Virus record (IMG/VR): IMGVR_UViG_3300022218_000005
Span: 1 to 38,672 of that record
Reading direction: 5' to 3' (one strand)
DNA from: a virus
Taxonomy: Duplodnaviria > Caudoviricetes
Length of the DNA stretch: 38,672 nt
The position numbers and the translations under genes were made by a program. The notes below the pieces were generated by a model. That model made no database searches, was not told the origin of the DNA, and was given only the letters and a program-made list of their open reading frames with translations. This document shows, in pieces, positions 9,420 to 18,746 of this stretch (positions within the stretch are counted from its first letter, which is position 1; the number at the start of each line of letters is the position of its first letter).

Positions 9420-11054
9420 TTAAGCTGTTTTTTGTTTTAAATTTGCGGGTATTCGGCTGTATGTTCGGTTTATCCACCCTGCCGAATAGTTTTTAAACTT
9501 AGCAAACTTTTTTAAATAATCAAGTCCACCTTGTAAGAATATTTGAGTATAAAGCCAACCTATTTTATAGTTACTGGTTATTTGAAACGCTTCTAATTCC
9601 GTGAAGTCCATATCTTTAAGAGGTTTAACGGTTTTGATTTTTCCTTTGTTATCAGTAGTCATTAATTGCAATTCTATTTTCTTTTCTTCTTTTTCTTGCT
9701 TAAAAACATAACCACAATGACAAATAGAAGCCGATGCGAAAACATAATCGCCACACCCGCTTTTTCCGTTTTTGTCGATTCCTTTTTCGCCGCATTCTTT
9801 CATCGCCGCAAGCCCGCCGCCTTTGCTTGTTTCATGGTATAAATTCCATTTTCGTTCCAACTTAAAAGAACCTAAACGCTCTACGTTTTTACCAAAGTCG
9901 AAAATATTAAAATGTGTTTTGCCGTCTGCTAATCGAGACCCCCGTCCCAACATTTGCAAATATAAAACCTCGGACGTGGTGGCTCGCAATAAAGCAACGG
10001 TTTCAAGTTCGGGAAAATCAAAACCAGTTGTTAAGATGCCACAATTAACCATGACTTTAAAATCCCCTGCTTTCCAGTTTTTAACCATTAAGTCCCTACT
10101 GCCTGAAAAATTATAATATGCTTCGATGTATTCCTTGTAATATTTTTCTTTCTCATAGTAAGAAACCCATTCACCATCGGCATCTTTTAAATTTTCAGGC
10201 TCGGCGGTTTCTGGTCTTTTGGGCTTTCCCATCTTTGAAGAAACAAACCTTGCTAAAATTCCATTCTCAACAAGTTCTTTACAGGTTCTTACGCTATGTA
10301 TAATACTGCTGCAAAAAACAATCATAACACTGTCGGTGGCGTTCTTTTTATAACAATCAATAAGACCGCCGTATATTTCGGCTTTGTCATATTTTTTAAA
10401 CATTTGAGAGCGTGAGTAATCCCCTTTTGTATCCAAAGAAACATCTTTCATGTCGGGAGCTAATCCAGAACCGAAAAACATATCACTACATAAAAACCCC
10501 TCTCTTACTAACTCCAAAGTTGTTTTGGTGTGTACTATTTTATCATAATCAGTACCTAGTTGTCTTTGTTTCCCGCCTCTTTTTGGGGTTGCGGAAAAAC
10601 CCAAAACAGTACCTTTTGTTCTGAAAACATCCTTTTCAAAAAAAACATTAAATTCTTGCTTGTGGCATTCGTCTATGATAATTAAATCAAATTGCAAAAA
10701 CCATTCTCGCCAGTTGCTTTTTTCTATCCTTTTTTTTAAGGTTTGAGCCATGCCCACAACACAATCCCCTTTATTTACATCAGGTGCAATCTTACGTCCT
10801 GCTATTACATATTTTGGCAAAACTCCGAACTTTTCCAAAGTCCCCCCTGTCCCTCGTAACAGTTCGGTTCTATCTGTCAATATCAAAGTCTTTGATTTTT
10901 TCCTACTTGCATTTTGCACTATGAAAGAAAAAACAACAGTCTTGCCGCCACCAGTGGGCATTTCACAAATTACTCTTTTTCGCTCACTTTCTTTAAGTGC
11001 TTTTATTGTATCCTGTACGGCTTTTTCTTGGTAGTCTCTTAATTTTATTTCCAT
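9420..11054 (-). CDS. SF2 (DExH) helicase with C-terminal zinc ribbon
   Basis: LRDYQ, PTGGGKT, DECH, SAT, LTTGFDFP and QMLGRGSR motifs. Confidence 0.93.
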   Translation of the reverse strand: MEIKLRDYQEKAVQDTIKALKESERKRVICEMPTGGGKTVVFSFIVQNASRKKSKTLILTDRTELLRGTGGTLEKFGVLPKYVIAGRKIAPDVNKGDCVVGMAQTLKKRIEKSNWREWFLQFDLIIIDECHKQEFNVFFEKDVFRTKGTVLGFSATPKRGGKQRQLGTDYDKIVHTKTTLELVREGFLCSDMFFGSGLAPDMKDVSLDTKGDYSRSQMFKKYDKAEIYGGLIDCYKKNATDSVMIVFCSSIIHSVRTCKELVENGILARFVSSKMGKPKRPETAEPENLKDADGEWVSYYEKEKYYKEYIEAYYNFSGSRDLMVKNWKAGDFKVMVNCGILTTGFDFPELETVALLRATTSEVLYLQMLGRGSRLADGKTHFNIFDFGKNVERLGSFKLERKWNLYHETSKGGGLAAMKECGEKGIDKNGKSGCGDYVFASASICHCGYVFKQEKEEKKIELQLMTTDNKGKIKTVKPLKDMDFTELEAFQITSNYKIGWLYTQIFLQGGLDYLKKFAKFKNYSAGWINRTYSRIPANLKQKTA

Positions 11055-11067
11055 GCTGTTTTTATCT

Positions 11068-11098
11068 AAAAAAAGCCGCTTTTGAAGCGACTTTTTTT
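11068..11098 (-). terminator. Intrinsic terminator (possibly bidirectional)
   Basis: A7-GCCGCTT/AAGCGAC-T7 hairpin. Confidence 0.65.
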
Positions 11099-11105
11099 GT
11101 TTGTT

Positions 11106-11363
11106 TTATAAACCGTTGTCAAACATTATTAAATTAATTTCCGTTGCTTTTGGTTCTGTTTTTTCACCATTATAACAGTTTGAAGTTTTTGCCTTTACTG
11201 CTGAAAAGGCAGTACAACTTTTAAAACTAACATGTTCGTCGGGGTCTAATAAATCCTTTACGGTTAAGTCTAATTTCAAAAGGTTCTCGTATGTTTTTTT
11301 TAGTTGCTTTGCTTTTCCCTCTATTTCGATTGTTATTATAAGTTTTGATTTTGCTTCGTTCAT
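11106..11363 (-). CDS. Hypothetical protein
   Basis: 85-aa ORF in operon. Confidence 0.65.
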   Translation of the reverse strand: MNEAKSKLIITIEIEGKAKQLKKTYENLLKLDLTVKDLLDPDEHVSFKSCTAFSAVKAKTSNCYNGEKTEPKATEINLIMFDNGL

Positions 11364-11375
11364 TTTGTTATTGTT

Positions 11376-11558
11376 TTATTCAATTATTTCGTAACTACTT
11401 TCTATATTTTCCCATACCCATTCTTCAAATTGTTTTTGAATAAAGTCTTCTTTTTCGTGTTCGTTAAACTCATCGGGTATCTCAAATTCGATGGTCTCTT
11501 TTACACTGGAGTTTATAAAAGGGGTAGATACATAAAATTCATATTTTTCTTTAGGCAT
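11376..11558 (-). CDS. Small acidic hypothetical phage protein
   Basis: 60 aa with EEWVWENI, a pattern seen in small phage proteins. Confidence 0.65.
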   Translation of the reverse strand: MPKEKYEFYVSTPFINSSVKETIEFEIPDEFNEHEKEDFIQKQFEEWVWENIESSYEIIE

Positions 11559-11566
11559 TTTGATAT

Positions 11567-13300
11567 TTATTTTAATTCGTTAAAAAATATTTCGCCACCC
11601 TCTACTAAAATTTCATTGTTAGAAAGTTTGTTTTTTTCAAAATCGCCAGTTACTGACAATATAATATTAAGACCGTTTTCGGCTGCAATTTTTGCAATTA
11701 TAGCACGGGCTTTTTTGTCGATTGGTACGTCATCGATAAAAATATAAGGTAAGCATTTCCCTTTCAATTTAAGCCGTGCTATTTGAAGTAAAACGCCGAT
11801 TATAGGTTTTTGCGTAGAGCTGTAAGAAACTAAAAGTCTTTCTTCTTTATTTGGGTTTTTAAAATATTCAGGATCATAATCACCAGTATAAATAGTTTTC
11901 ATTTCGAGTTTTCCCGTTTCGTTGAAAAACGGCTTAATTCGTAAACCAGAAACACCCGTGTCAATATTTGCGTAGAGTTTATTTAGTTCTTTTCGTTTCT
12001 CATCGACTTTTGCACAAGACTCTACCCATTTTCTATTAATATCAAATCTTTTAACTAATTTGTTATTATGTTCGGCTATTTCTATCTGTTTTTCGACTTC
12101 TGAAATTTGATTGTCTATTTCTGAATAGTCAATTTCAGCGGGTTTTTCGAGGTTTTTATACTCGGCTATTACTCTTAAATAATCTTTTTGTAGTTTCTCA
12201 AAACCTATGTAATTAATTCCATTTTCAAAATTAATAGTATTATTCCCTATTTGCGGCAAAATTGGTTTTTCTGGTTTTTCCGTGTTGTTTCTATTGTAAT
12301 AATCAATAAAACATCTTTTGAAGTAATCAAGCGTTTTATCTTTTTTTGCATTATCGACAAAGTAGATATTATTTAAAACGCCCGCTAATTCAGTATTTAC
12401 AAGTTCGTTATTTTCTTCTTTTTCTTTTAAGAATTGATTGTAAGTTTTCAAGTCAAACTCAAAATCGCTATTAATATCATTTACACGCTCTTTAATTTCG
12501 GTGGCTATATTTTGCCCTTTGGTTGCTATTTCGCTTTTTTTCTTTTCAAAAGCGGCTTTGCTTTCGCCGTTTAACTGTCCTTTTTTTATTAATAAAGCTG
12601 TTTTTTGCTCTGTTAAAAAATTAATATCTTTAAACATTAAAGTTTCTAAACTATCCAAGTCATAACCGTCTCTTTCAAAATCGGACATAAAAGCCCCTAT
12701 ATGAGTACATTCGGAGCGTAAACGGTCTCTTTTATCTACCAAGTCATCCAAAATACCAAGTAAAGAAGTTTTGTAGTCTGGATTTTTTTTGTCAAAAATA
12801 ATACCTTGTTTTCGCAATTCGTTTTTGAAAAGTTCAAACATTAATTTTGTTTGAATAGTATTATTTTCAGATAGAAAACCTTTTATACCAAAGGTTAATT
12901 CAGTGCCGACATATTCGATATATTTTGCGGGTGTGGCTTTCATGCCATTAATAACGGGATTATTAACCTTTTTGCCTTTATTATCTTTTTCATAAAGAGC
13001 AAATTTAGCACTTTGACCGTCTTTTTTGGTTGCACTTATAAAAATATTCTTTTCGCCGTCAAGTAATTGAGTTTCAATACTCCACGCATCGCCGTACTGC
13101 TCGCTGTCTGCTAAGGTTTTTGAGCCTTGTGTGCATATTTTTAAGCCTTTTTGTATTGTGCTTTTTCCCTCGCCGCTACCGCCTTTTATTTCTATTAGCT
13201 CGCCGTTTTTAAACCTACTTAAATCTAATTCAATAGCTTTTAAGTGTCCAAATTGAGACGCTGTAAAGTTTATGATTTTGATTTTTTTGTTGTTTTCCAT
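11567..13300 (-). CDS. SMC/Rad50/SbcC-like ABC ATPase with coiled coil
   Basis: N-terminal Walker A GGSGEGKST, long central coiled coil, degenerate signature YSSTQ, Walker B IFIDD. Confidence 0.8.
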   Translation of the reverse strand: MENNKKIKIINFTASQFGHLKAIELDLSRFKNGELIEIKGGSGEGKSTIQKGLKICTQGSKTLADSEQYGDAWSIETQLLDGEKNIFISATKKDGQSAKFALYEKDNKGKKVNNPVINGMKATPAKYIEYVGTELTFGIKGFLSENNTIQTKLMFELFKNELRKQGIIFDKKNPDYKTSLLGILDDLVDKRDRLRSECTHIGAFMSDFERDGYDLDSLETLMFKDINFLTEQKTALLIKKGQLNGESKAAFEKKKSEIATKGQNIATEIKERVNDINSDFEFDLKTYNQFLKEKEENNELVNTELAGVLNNIYFVDNAKKDKTLDYFKRCFIDYYNRNNTEKPEKPILPQIGNNTINFENGINYIGFEKLQKDYLRVIAEYKNLEKPAEIDYSEIDNQISEVEKQIEIAEHNNKLVKRFDINRKWVESCAKVDEKRKELNKLYANIDTGVSGLRIKPFFNETGKLEMKTIYTGDYDPEYFKNPNKEERLLVSYSSTQKPIIGVLLQIARLKLKGKCLPYIFIDDVPIDKKARAIIAKIAAENGLNIILSVTGDFEKNKLSNNEILVEGGEIFFNELK

Positions 13301-13317
13301 GATTTTAAAGTTGTTTG

Positions 13318-13440
13318 TTAATATTCTTTCGATTTGTTATGACAAAGTAACGGCTTATTTATTTCTTATGCAAGTTTTACGCAAAAAAAAACGCAAATTA
13401 ATTTGCGTTTTTTTTGTAAAGGGTTAGAAAAGAGTTGTTT
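13318..13440 (-). repeat. Terminator-promoter cassette copy D (ends the late operon, starts the early operon)
   Basis: Near-identical to copies A and B, including the 20-nt flank gggttagaaaagagttgttt shared with copy B. Confidence 0.95.
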
Positions 13441-13690
13441 ATGTATTATTTATTTCGATGTTGTTATTTTTTATTTTATCTCTCAATGAAAAATCCCCTA
13501 CCGTGTCATCGTAAATAAGTGAAGTTATACGCTCAGGTGCTGCCGCCCAGTAATTAGCAATTAAATCAAAATCTACGTTCAAATTATTATCGCTTGCGAG
13601 TTTGTATTTATATTGAGTGTTTCCATAAACATCAATGCAAACATCGTATAAAGATCGGGGTTTTTCTATCAAATAAGTTTTTGTAGCCAT
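13439..13690 (-). CDS. LysM/gpX-like baseplate protein
   Basis: SLYDVCIDVYGN...LASDN LysM-like pattern; last gene of the tail module. Confidence 0.65.
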   Translation of the reverse strand: MATKTYLIEKPRSLYDVCIDVYGNTQYKYKLASDNNLNVDFDLIANYWAAAPERITSLIYDDTVGDFSLRDKIKNNNIEINNT

Positions 13691-14022
13691 TATATTAATC
13701 CTTTCGTGTCGTCGGTTACTTTTTCGGCATTTAAAACGTTTAGTATTAAGTTGTTATCTTTATCTATGTCGATAGCAATATTATCAAGTTCCCACCCGTC
13801 CAACTCTAATGAATTAGTGATTTTGTTTACAAATCTTTGGACGTTTTCAGGGGCGTTTATATCTTTATACACATTTGCCCCTACCGTTGGGAAAAGCCTA
13901 AAATTTCCAGTACTGGCGGCTAAATTAGCCCCTATTAACTGTTCTTTTGCGTTCCCGTGAGCCAAATCCCCGTTTTCGCTGTAAATTTTACCATCTTTTA
14001 ATAAAATATCGCCGTTTTCCAT
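13690..14022 (-). CDS. Baseplate wedge / sheath initiator (gp25/gpW-like)
   Basis: NGDLAHG...GNFRLFPTVG...LELDG pattern; follows the spike gene. Confidence 0.65.
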   Translation of the reverse strand: MENGDILLKDGKIYSENGDLAHGNAKEQLIGANLAASTGNFRLFPTVGANVYKDINAPENVQRFVNKITNSLELDGWELDNIAIDIDKDNNLILNVLNAEKVTDDTKGLI

Positions 14023-14024
14023 AT

Positions 14025-14615
14025 TTAGTGAGTAATATTTAAGTTTTCAAAGTCATCTTTGTTAATAGCTTTTGCATCGGGAACTATGTTTGTGATCCAA
14101 CTTGTTAAGGCTGTTTTCAAAGCCGCCCCGCCATCGTTTGGAACGGGTATCCACGTGTTAAAAATAGATTTTAAATCTTTGATGTTTTGGTTTATTTCGT
14201 TTGTAGTATTTACGAGCTCGTTTAATTTTTCCGTTTGTTCTATGATTTTTATTAAGCCACCATTTTCACCATTTTGAAAAACAATTTTCTCTATTTTAGA
14301 ATACAAAGCAACAAAAGCCGTTGTTTTATCTGTAAAAGAAATTAACACTGGAAAGTCTTTTGCAGGCTCAATTAATAAGCCGCTTTCTGTTATTTGTTGC
14401 AACCTCACATCGGGCAAAATTTCGCCCTCTCCCTCGCTTTGGGTATTTGGAATTTCTACTTTACAAGTTGCGTCTTCTAAATTTACATCTTTTACAATAC
14501 CTAATTTTGAGTAAAAACACTCTCCGTCTAAATGTATATCCATTAAAGAAAATAAAGCGCCAGCAATGTCTTCTTTATTGCTTGTTTTTTGCTTTCTTGT
14601 TTGGTCTGTATTCAT
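14025..14615 (-). CDS. Baseplate central spike (gpV/Mu gp45-like)
   Basis: OB-fold pattern GIVKDV...TCKV...DVRL...P; C-terminal PVPNDGGAALK and terminal His. Confidence 0.7.
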   Translation of the reverse strand: MNTDQTRKQKTSNKEDIAGALFSLMDIHLDGECFYSKLGIVKDVNLEDATCKVEIPNTQSEGEGEILPDVRLQQITESGLLIEPAKDFPVLISFTDKTTAFVALYSKIEKIVFQNGENGGLIKIIEQTEKLNELVNTTNEINQNIKDLKSIFNTWIPVPNDGGAALKTALTSWITNIVPDAKAINKDDFENLNITH

Positions 14616-14617
14616 AA

Positions 14618-15634
14618 TTATATGCTTATTCCAAGTTCTAATATTTGTCTGAAACCCGTTTGTTTACCGAATTTTTTTGTAACTGATACAATGGCATAAT
14701 TTCCATTTTTTTCAGGGACTTCATTGTCTATTATTTGGCAAATTTCACCATGATTTGCACACGGGTTTTTCGGAAAACCGTAGATAGTAACCGAGCCGTC
14801 GCAGCCTGTAAAAGAAAGGGCTTCGAGCCTTATCTTTGCAAGTCGTTTCAAGTCTGTTATAGAAATTTCGGATTGCCCCCCTATGTTAAATTCATTTACA
14901 GTTCCGTTTTTAGGCTTTGTTTGACTGTAAATAATCTTTGCTGGAGTTCCTGAATAGTATGCAAAAACTGCTTTTTTTTCACCTTTTCGATTTAAAGCCG
15001 ATGCTTTTACGATAATTAAATCAGCACTTGCATTTTTAAAATTAAAATTGCTCTCTCCTGTAGGTATGTTTTTTTGAAAATGAGCTTTTAAATACCTACG
15101 GTTTTGCGTGAGCGGGTCGGCTTGTGAGCCAACTATCAAAACATCCCCTCTAAAATAAGAATAAATTTTAAATTTAGCCTGCAATTCACTTAAGACTTGA
15201 ATAACAGTTGCGTTTTTTGAAACCTTCCAGTCCCCTATATTAGCCTCGTAAACCTCGACTTTGCCGTCGTAAATCTCTTTTATTAACTCTAAGGTGCTGG
15301 TCTGCTTTAAAATAACATCCCGACCTATACTTTGTCTTTTGAGTTTATAAGTTTCGTTTTCGCAAAATATAGTTGCTGTTTTTTCAGGTACTATTTGTGA
15401 AACATAGCCTTCAAATTCAGTAAACAAAAAAGGCTCGTAACCTATTTCTATTTTAACGGGGCTGCCCAGTTCTATAAGTTCACTAATCTTTTGATTTTGT
15501 GCATTTATTTTGTTCGGAAACGTGAAAACAGCCGTATCAGTAAAAGTATTGCGACTTGTTTTGATAATAATATCATTTACAAGTGGCAGTACCTTATGGT
15601 TAATAGTTATTTTTTGTTTTAATATTAAGTCCAT
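14618..15634 (-). CDS. Baseplate hub (gpD/Mu gp44-like)
   Basis: TDTAVFTFP, IEIGY...EFEGYV, GNYAIVSV..FG..GFRQ.LELG; follows the tape measure gene. Confidence 0.78.
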   Translation of the reverse strand: MDLILKQKITINHKVLPLVNDIIIKTSRNTFTDTAVFTFPNKINAQNQKISELIELGSPVKIEIGYEPFLFTEFEGYVSQIVPEKTATIFCENETYKLKRQSIGRDVILKQTSTLELIKEIYDGKVEVYEANIGDWKVSKNATVIQVLSELQAKFKIYSYFRGDVLIVGSQADPLTQNRRYLKAHFQKNIPTGESNFNFKNASADLIIVKASALNRKGEKKAVFAYYSGTPAKIIYSQTKPKNGTVNEFNIGGQSEISITDLKRLAKIRLEALSFTGCDGSVTIYGFPKNPCANHGEICQIIDNEVPEKNGNYAIVSVTKKFGKQTGFRQILELGISI

Positions 15635-15638
15635 ATTA

Positions 15639-17699
15639 TTAAAATTTAATATCTGCTGTCGCCTCTAATAATACATTTTTAAACATTTGACCTATGTTTT
15701 CATAACCTTCTGAAATATTGCTTATCTGCATAGTTTTAACACCATTAGCTTCTGCAATATTAATATTAAAAGTGTTAATACGCCCGCCAGAAATTATGCT
15801 TTCTGTTTTATCTTTAAGACCTTTGTTTAAATTCAAAGGGTCGTCAAACATCGGCTTTTTAACTTTGGATTTTTGAGTTTTTGAGACTTCTTTTGCAATA
15901 GTTTCAAAGGGTTTTGTCCACGAAAAATTATTCTTATTTAATATTTTAGAATTAACATTGTTTAAGACTTTACCAATCAATTCTGCATCGGTAGCTTTTC
16001 TTGTTTCTAACCATGGCATGCCCCCGTGTTTAAGTTTTGTCCAAAAGTCATCTTTAAGCTCTGTAAAAGTGCCACTTTTTTTTATTATTTCACCTAAGTT
16101 AATCCTACTTTCTGACTTTGCAAGTTTTTCAAATATTTTTACTGAATTTGAAAACTCGGGCATATCCGCTGACGCTCTTATTTTATAAAGATCGCTTTTT
16201 GAATATCCTTTACTTACGGCTTTCTCAAATAAATTACTTAGTCTTTTTTCATTTACAGCCATTTGCCCTAAAATACGATTGGATCCACCAGAATTACCCG
16301 CTGCTTTTGCTTTTTCCAACCTGCTAACCATTGAATTAGCCTTGTTTGCTTTTGCCTCTACGTCTCCAAATAGTTTATTAAGCCCCTTTGCAATATCCTT
16401 AACAACTGACAAAGCAATTTTTAAAGGCGTTAAAATAGCCGTTGTAATAAATTTGCCGAGCGGGTGCGTTGTAAACCACCGAGCAACTTTTCCAAATACC
16501 TTAATAACATTAGCCGCAAATTTACCAACCTCAGAAATAGCATCGCCCAAAGTATCTATAAAACCGCTCATAAAAGGCGAACTTTCAATAAAATTACTTA
16601 TGCTTTGCCACGTCTTTACTATTTCGTTTTTAACAGTAAAAAAGACCCTTTTAACAGCATTAAACGTTTTTGTAAAAATCATTTTCAATTTGATAAAAAA
16701 AGCGTTTTTTGTTATGCTATTAAACATTTTATCAAAATTCTTAGTGAATTTAGTTACAAATTTACTTGTCGCTCTAATAACCTTTTGAAGTCCTTTGCTT
16801 GCTTTTGAGCCTATTTTAATAAAGAGTTGATCGAAACTGTCTTTTAAATTGGAAATTGCACCGCCCAAAGTTTTTGATTGTATCGCCATAAGACCTTGCA
16901 CGCCTGTTAATTTCCCCAAAGATAAAAGATAATTCCTTATACTTTCTTCGTCTCTTTTTATTTTAGTGGCAACCCCTTTATATCTAAACTCAACCGTCCC
17001 CGCTTTTGCGTTCTGTTTTGAAGTTATATTAAACTCCTTAAGTCTCTCGAATTCAAAAGTTTGAGCATCAGAAATTGCCTCTGCTAACATATTGAAGTTA
17101 TGCCCCGCCGCAGCCGCAACATCTCCAAGTAGATACATTTCTTTTTTTGTAGGAGCAAAACCTCGGGCGGCAAGTTTTGAATATCCTTTTGTAATTTCCA
17201 TAAGCTCAAAAGGAGTCTCCGCCGCAACCTCAGAAAGCATTTTTTGAGCCTCAGCCGCTTTTTTTGAACTTTGAAAGACATTTGTAAGAACAGCATTATA
17301 TTTTTCAAAATCGGCTGTTTTTTGAATTATATTTCGCCCTATTTCAATAGCCCCCAGTCCTGCAATCGCTTTTGTTATAGTGCTAAAATTAAATGACTTT
17401 TTAATTTTATCAGCCGTTTGTTGTGCCTTTTTCTGTATTTTATTAAATGAATTATCTATTTTGTTAGAAGCCCCCGAAACACCATTTTTCAACTTGCCGA
17501 AAGACTTATTAATATTTTCGGTTACTTTAATTCTATCAGCCGTTTGTTGTGCCTTTTTCTGTATTTTAGTAAATGAATTATCTATTTTGTTAGAAGCCTC
17601 TGAAATACCATTTTTCAACTTACCAAAAGACTTATTAATCTTTTCGGTTACTTTACTTACCCTGTCTTTTAAAGATATGGTATAAACTATATTTGCCAT
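15639..17699 (-). CDS. Tape measure protein
   Basis: Helical Ala/Lys-rich 686 aa; AAETPFEL, LGDVAAA and TLGGAISNLKDS tape-measure domain motifs; synteny. Confidence 0.88.
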   Translation of the reverse strand: MANIVYTISLKDRVSKVTEKINKSFGKLKNGISEASNKIDNSFTKIQKKAQQTADRIKVTENINKSFGKLKNGVSGASNKIDNSFNKIQKKAQQTADKIKKSFNFSTITKAIAGLGAIEIGRNIIQKTADFEKYNAVLTNVFQSSKKAAEAQKMLSEVAAETPFELMEITKGYSKLAARGFAPTKKEMYLLGDVAAAAGHNFNMLAEAISDAQTFEFERLKEFNITSKQNAKAGTVEFRYKGVATKIKRDEESIRNYLLSLGKLTGVQGLMAIQSKTLGGAISNLKDSFDQLFIKIGSKASKGLQKVIRATSKFVTKFTKNFDKMFNSITKNAFFIKLKMIFTKTFNAVKRVFFTVKNEIVKTWQSISNFIESSPFMSGFIDTLGDAISEVGKFAANVIKVFGKVARWFTTHPLGKFITTAILTPLKIALSVVKDIAKGLNKLFGDVEAKANKANSMVSRLEKAKAAGNSGGSNRILGQMAVNEKRLSNLFEKAVSKGYSKSDLYKIRASADMPEFSNSVKIFEKLAKSESRINLGEIIKKSGTFTELKDDFWTKLKHGGMPWLETRKATDAELIGKVLNNVNSKILNKNNFSWTKPFETIAKEVSKTQKSKVKKPMFDDPLNLNKGLKDKTESIISGGRINTFNINIAEANGVKTMQISNISEGYENIGQMFKNVLLEATADIKF
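17403..17654 (-). repeat. 126-bp (42-aa) tandem duplication in the tape measure N-terminus
   Basis: KVTEKINKSFGKLKNG...QQTADRI followed by KVTENINKSFGKLKNG...QQTADKI. Confidence 0.95.
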
Positions 17700-17700
17700 T

Positions 17701-17910
17701 TTATTTAGCTTTAAATATTATCGCAGCGGCTTCTAAAAAACCGTCCCGTGTGCTGTTTTTTATTATTTCTGAAAAAAGCCCAATAAGCAAATCAATAGAG
17801 TTTCTTTTCTCTCTAAAATCTTTTGCATTATTGGGCTTTTTGTCCAAAAGTTCTAAAATTGACAAAGTCCTCAAATAAGGATTGTTAATTATATCAGTTA
17901 TTTTTTTTTT
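17701..17910 (-). CDS. -1 frameshift extension of the tail assembly chaperone (G-T-like)
   Basis: After the A10 run, the -1 frame is open for 66 codons (ITDIINNPYLRTLS...AAAIIFKAK), has no ATG, and stops 1 nt before the tape measure start. Confidence 0.8.
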   Translation of the reverse strand, partial: KKKITDIINNPYLRTLSILELLDKKPNNAKDFREKRNSIDLLIGLFSEIIKNSTRDGFLEAAAIIFKAK

Positions 17911-18299
17911 GCGGTGTCGTCGTCGTCATCTATTAAGTTCAAAACCCAAAGCCCTAACTCGGCACAAACTTTTGCACGGAAAGACGGGGATGTTTGTAAA
18001 ATCTCTTTTTGTCCTTTTATCAAATTCATTGAGAAAATACGATTTCCTGCCTCTATTATTTGCAAGTGTTTAAGCTGTACATTTTCACCTTCTTTTGCTG
18101 AATACATAGAATCCATAAAAGGAGCTTGTGCTTTGGTTAGCTCGTAAAAATTAAGCTTTGCAACTACTAATATTTTTCCCTTTTTTGAAGAAAATTCACT
18201 ATGGAAAACTTCAAATTCGCCGCCATTTTTTAAGGCTTCAAAATTGCCGTTTTCTATAAACTTATCTATTTGCTCTTTTGTTAATGCTTTATTTTCCAT
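17898..18299 (-). CDS. Tail assembly chaperone
   Basis: Between tube and tape measure genes; ends GCA AAA AAA AAA TAA; start placed at MENKAL (the track start at 18335 overlaps the tube gene). Confidence 0.75.
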   Translation of the reverse strand: MENKALTKEQIDKFIENGNFEALKNGGEFEVFHSEFSSKKGKILVVAKLNFYELTKAQAPFMDSMYSAKEGENVQLKHLQIIEAGNRIFSMNLIKGQKEILQTSPSFRAKVCAELGLWVLNLIDDDDDTAKKK

Positions 18300-18306
18300 T
18301 GTCTTT

Positions 18307-18744
18307 TTATATTGTTGTTTGGTTAATTCCTGCAAAAATAATATCTACGCTTTTTGTTAAGTTTTCATCCCCTTGTGAACCACTTATGCCATCACCGTTA
18401 AACTCCATAAACGGGACTGATATTTTCTCAAAACCGCCATCAGTTCGTGCTAAGGTTATTTCCAAAAGTCCAGGGGGAATACTTGTTAATACATTGTCTG
18501 TATTTGCAAAGTTTTCTAACAATCGTTTCTTAGTGTCGTAATCCATTTCTAAGCTGCCAGAATATTCTTTTTGAGAGCGGGATCGACTTACGGGGTTTAC
18601 GCCCATGCCTAAATTGTTATTTTTAGACTGTTCTAAATTTAACTCGAAATTTGTAATGCCCGGAAGCTCCAAATCATTAAAAGTTATCTTTACATCCGCC
18701 GTCGAGTAGCCTTCCATTGAAAGAACCGTGTTTTCATTTGCCAT
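18307..18744 (-). CDS. Tail tube protein
   Basis: 145 aa directly after the sheath gene; GMGVNPVSRSR...YSGSLEM pattern. Confidence 0.8.
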   Translation of the reverse strand: MANENTVLSMEGYSTADVKITFNDLELPGITNFELNLEQSKNNNLGMGVNPVSRSRSQKEYSGSLEMDYDTKKRLLENFANTDNVLTSIPPGLLEITLARTDGGFEKISVPFMEFNGDGISGSQGDENLTKSVDIIFAGINQTTI

Positions 18745-18746
18745 AA

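Noticed and set aside
17084-17308. 74-aa minus-strand ORF nested in the tape measure gene
   Set aside because: Alternative frame inside a well-supported gene, with no motif
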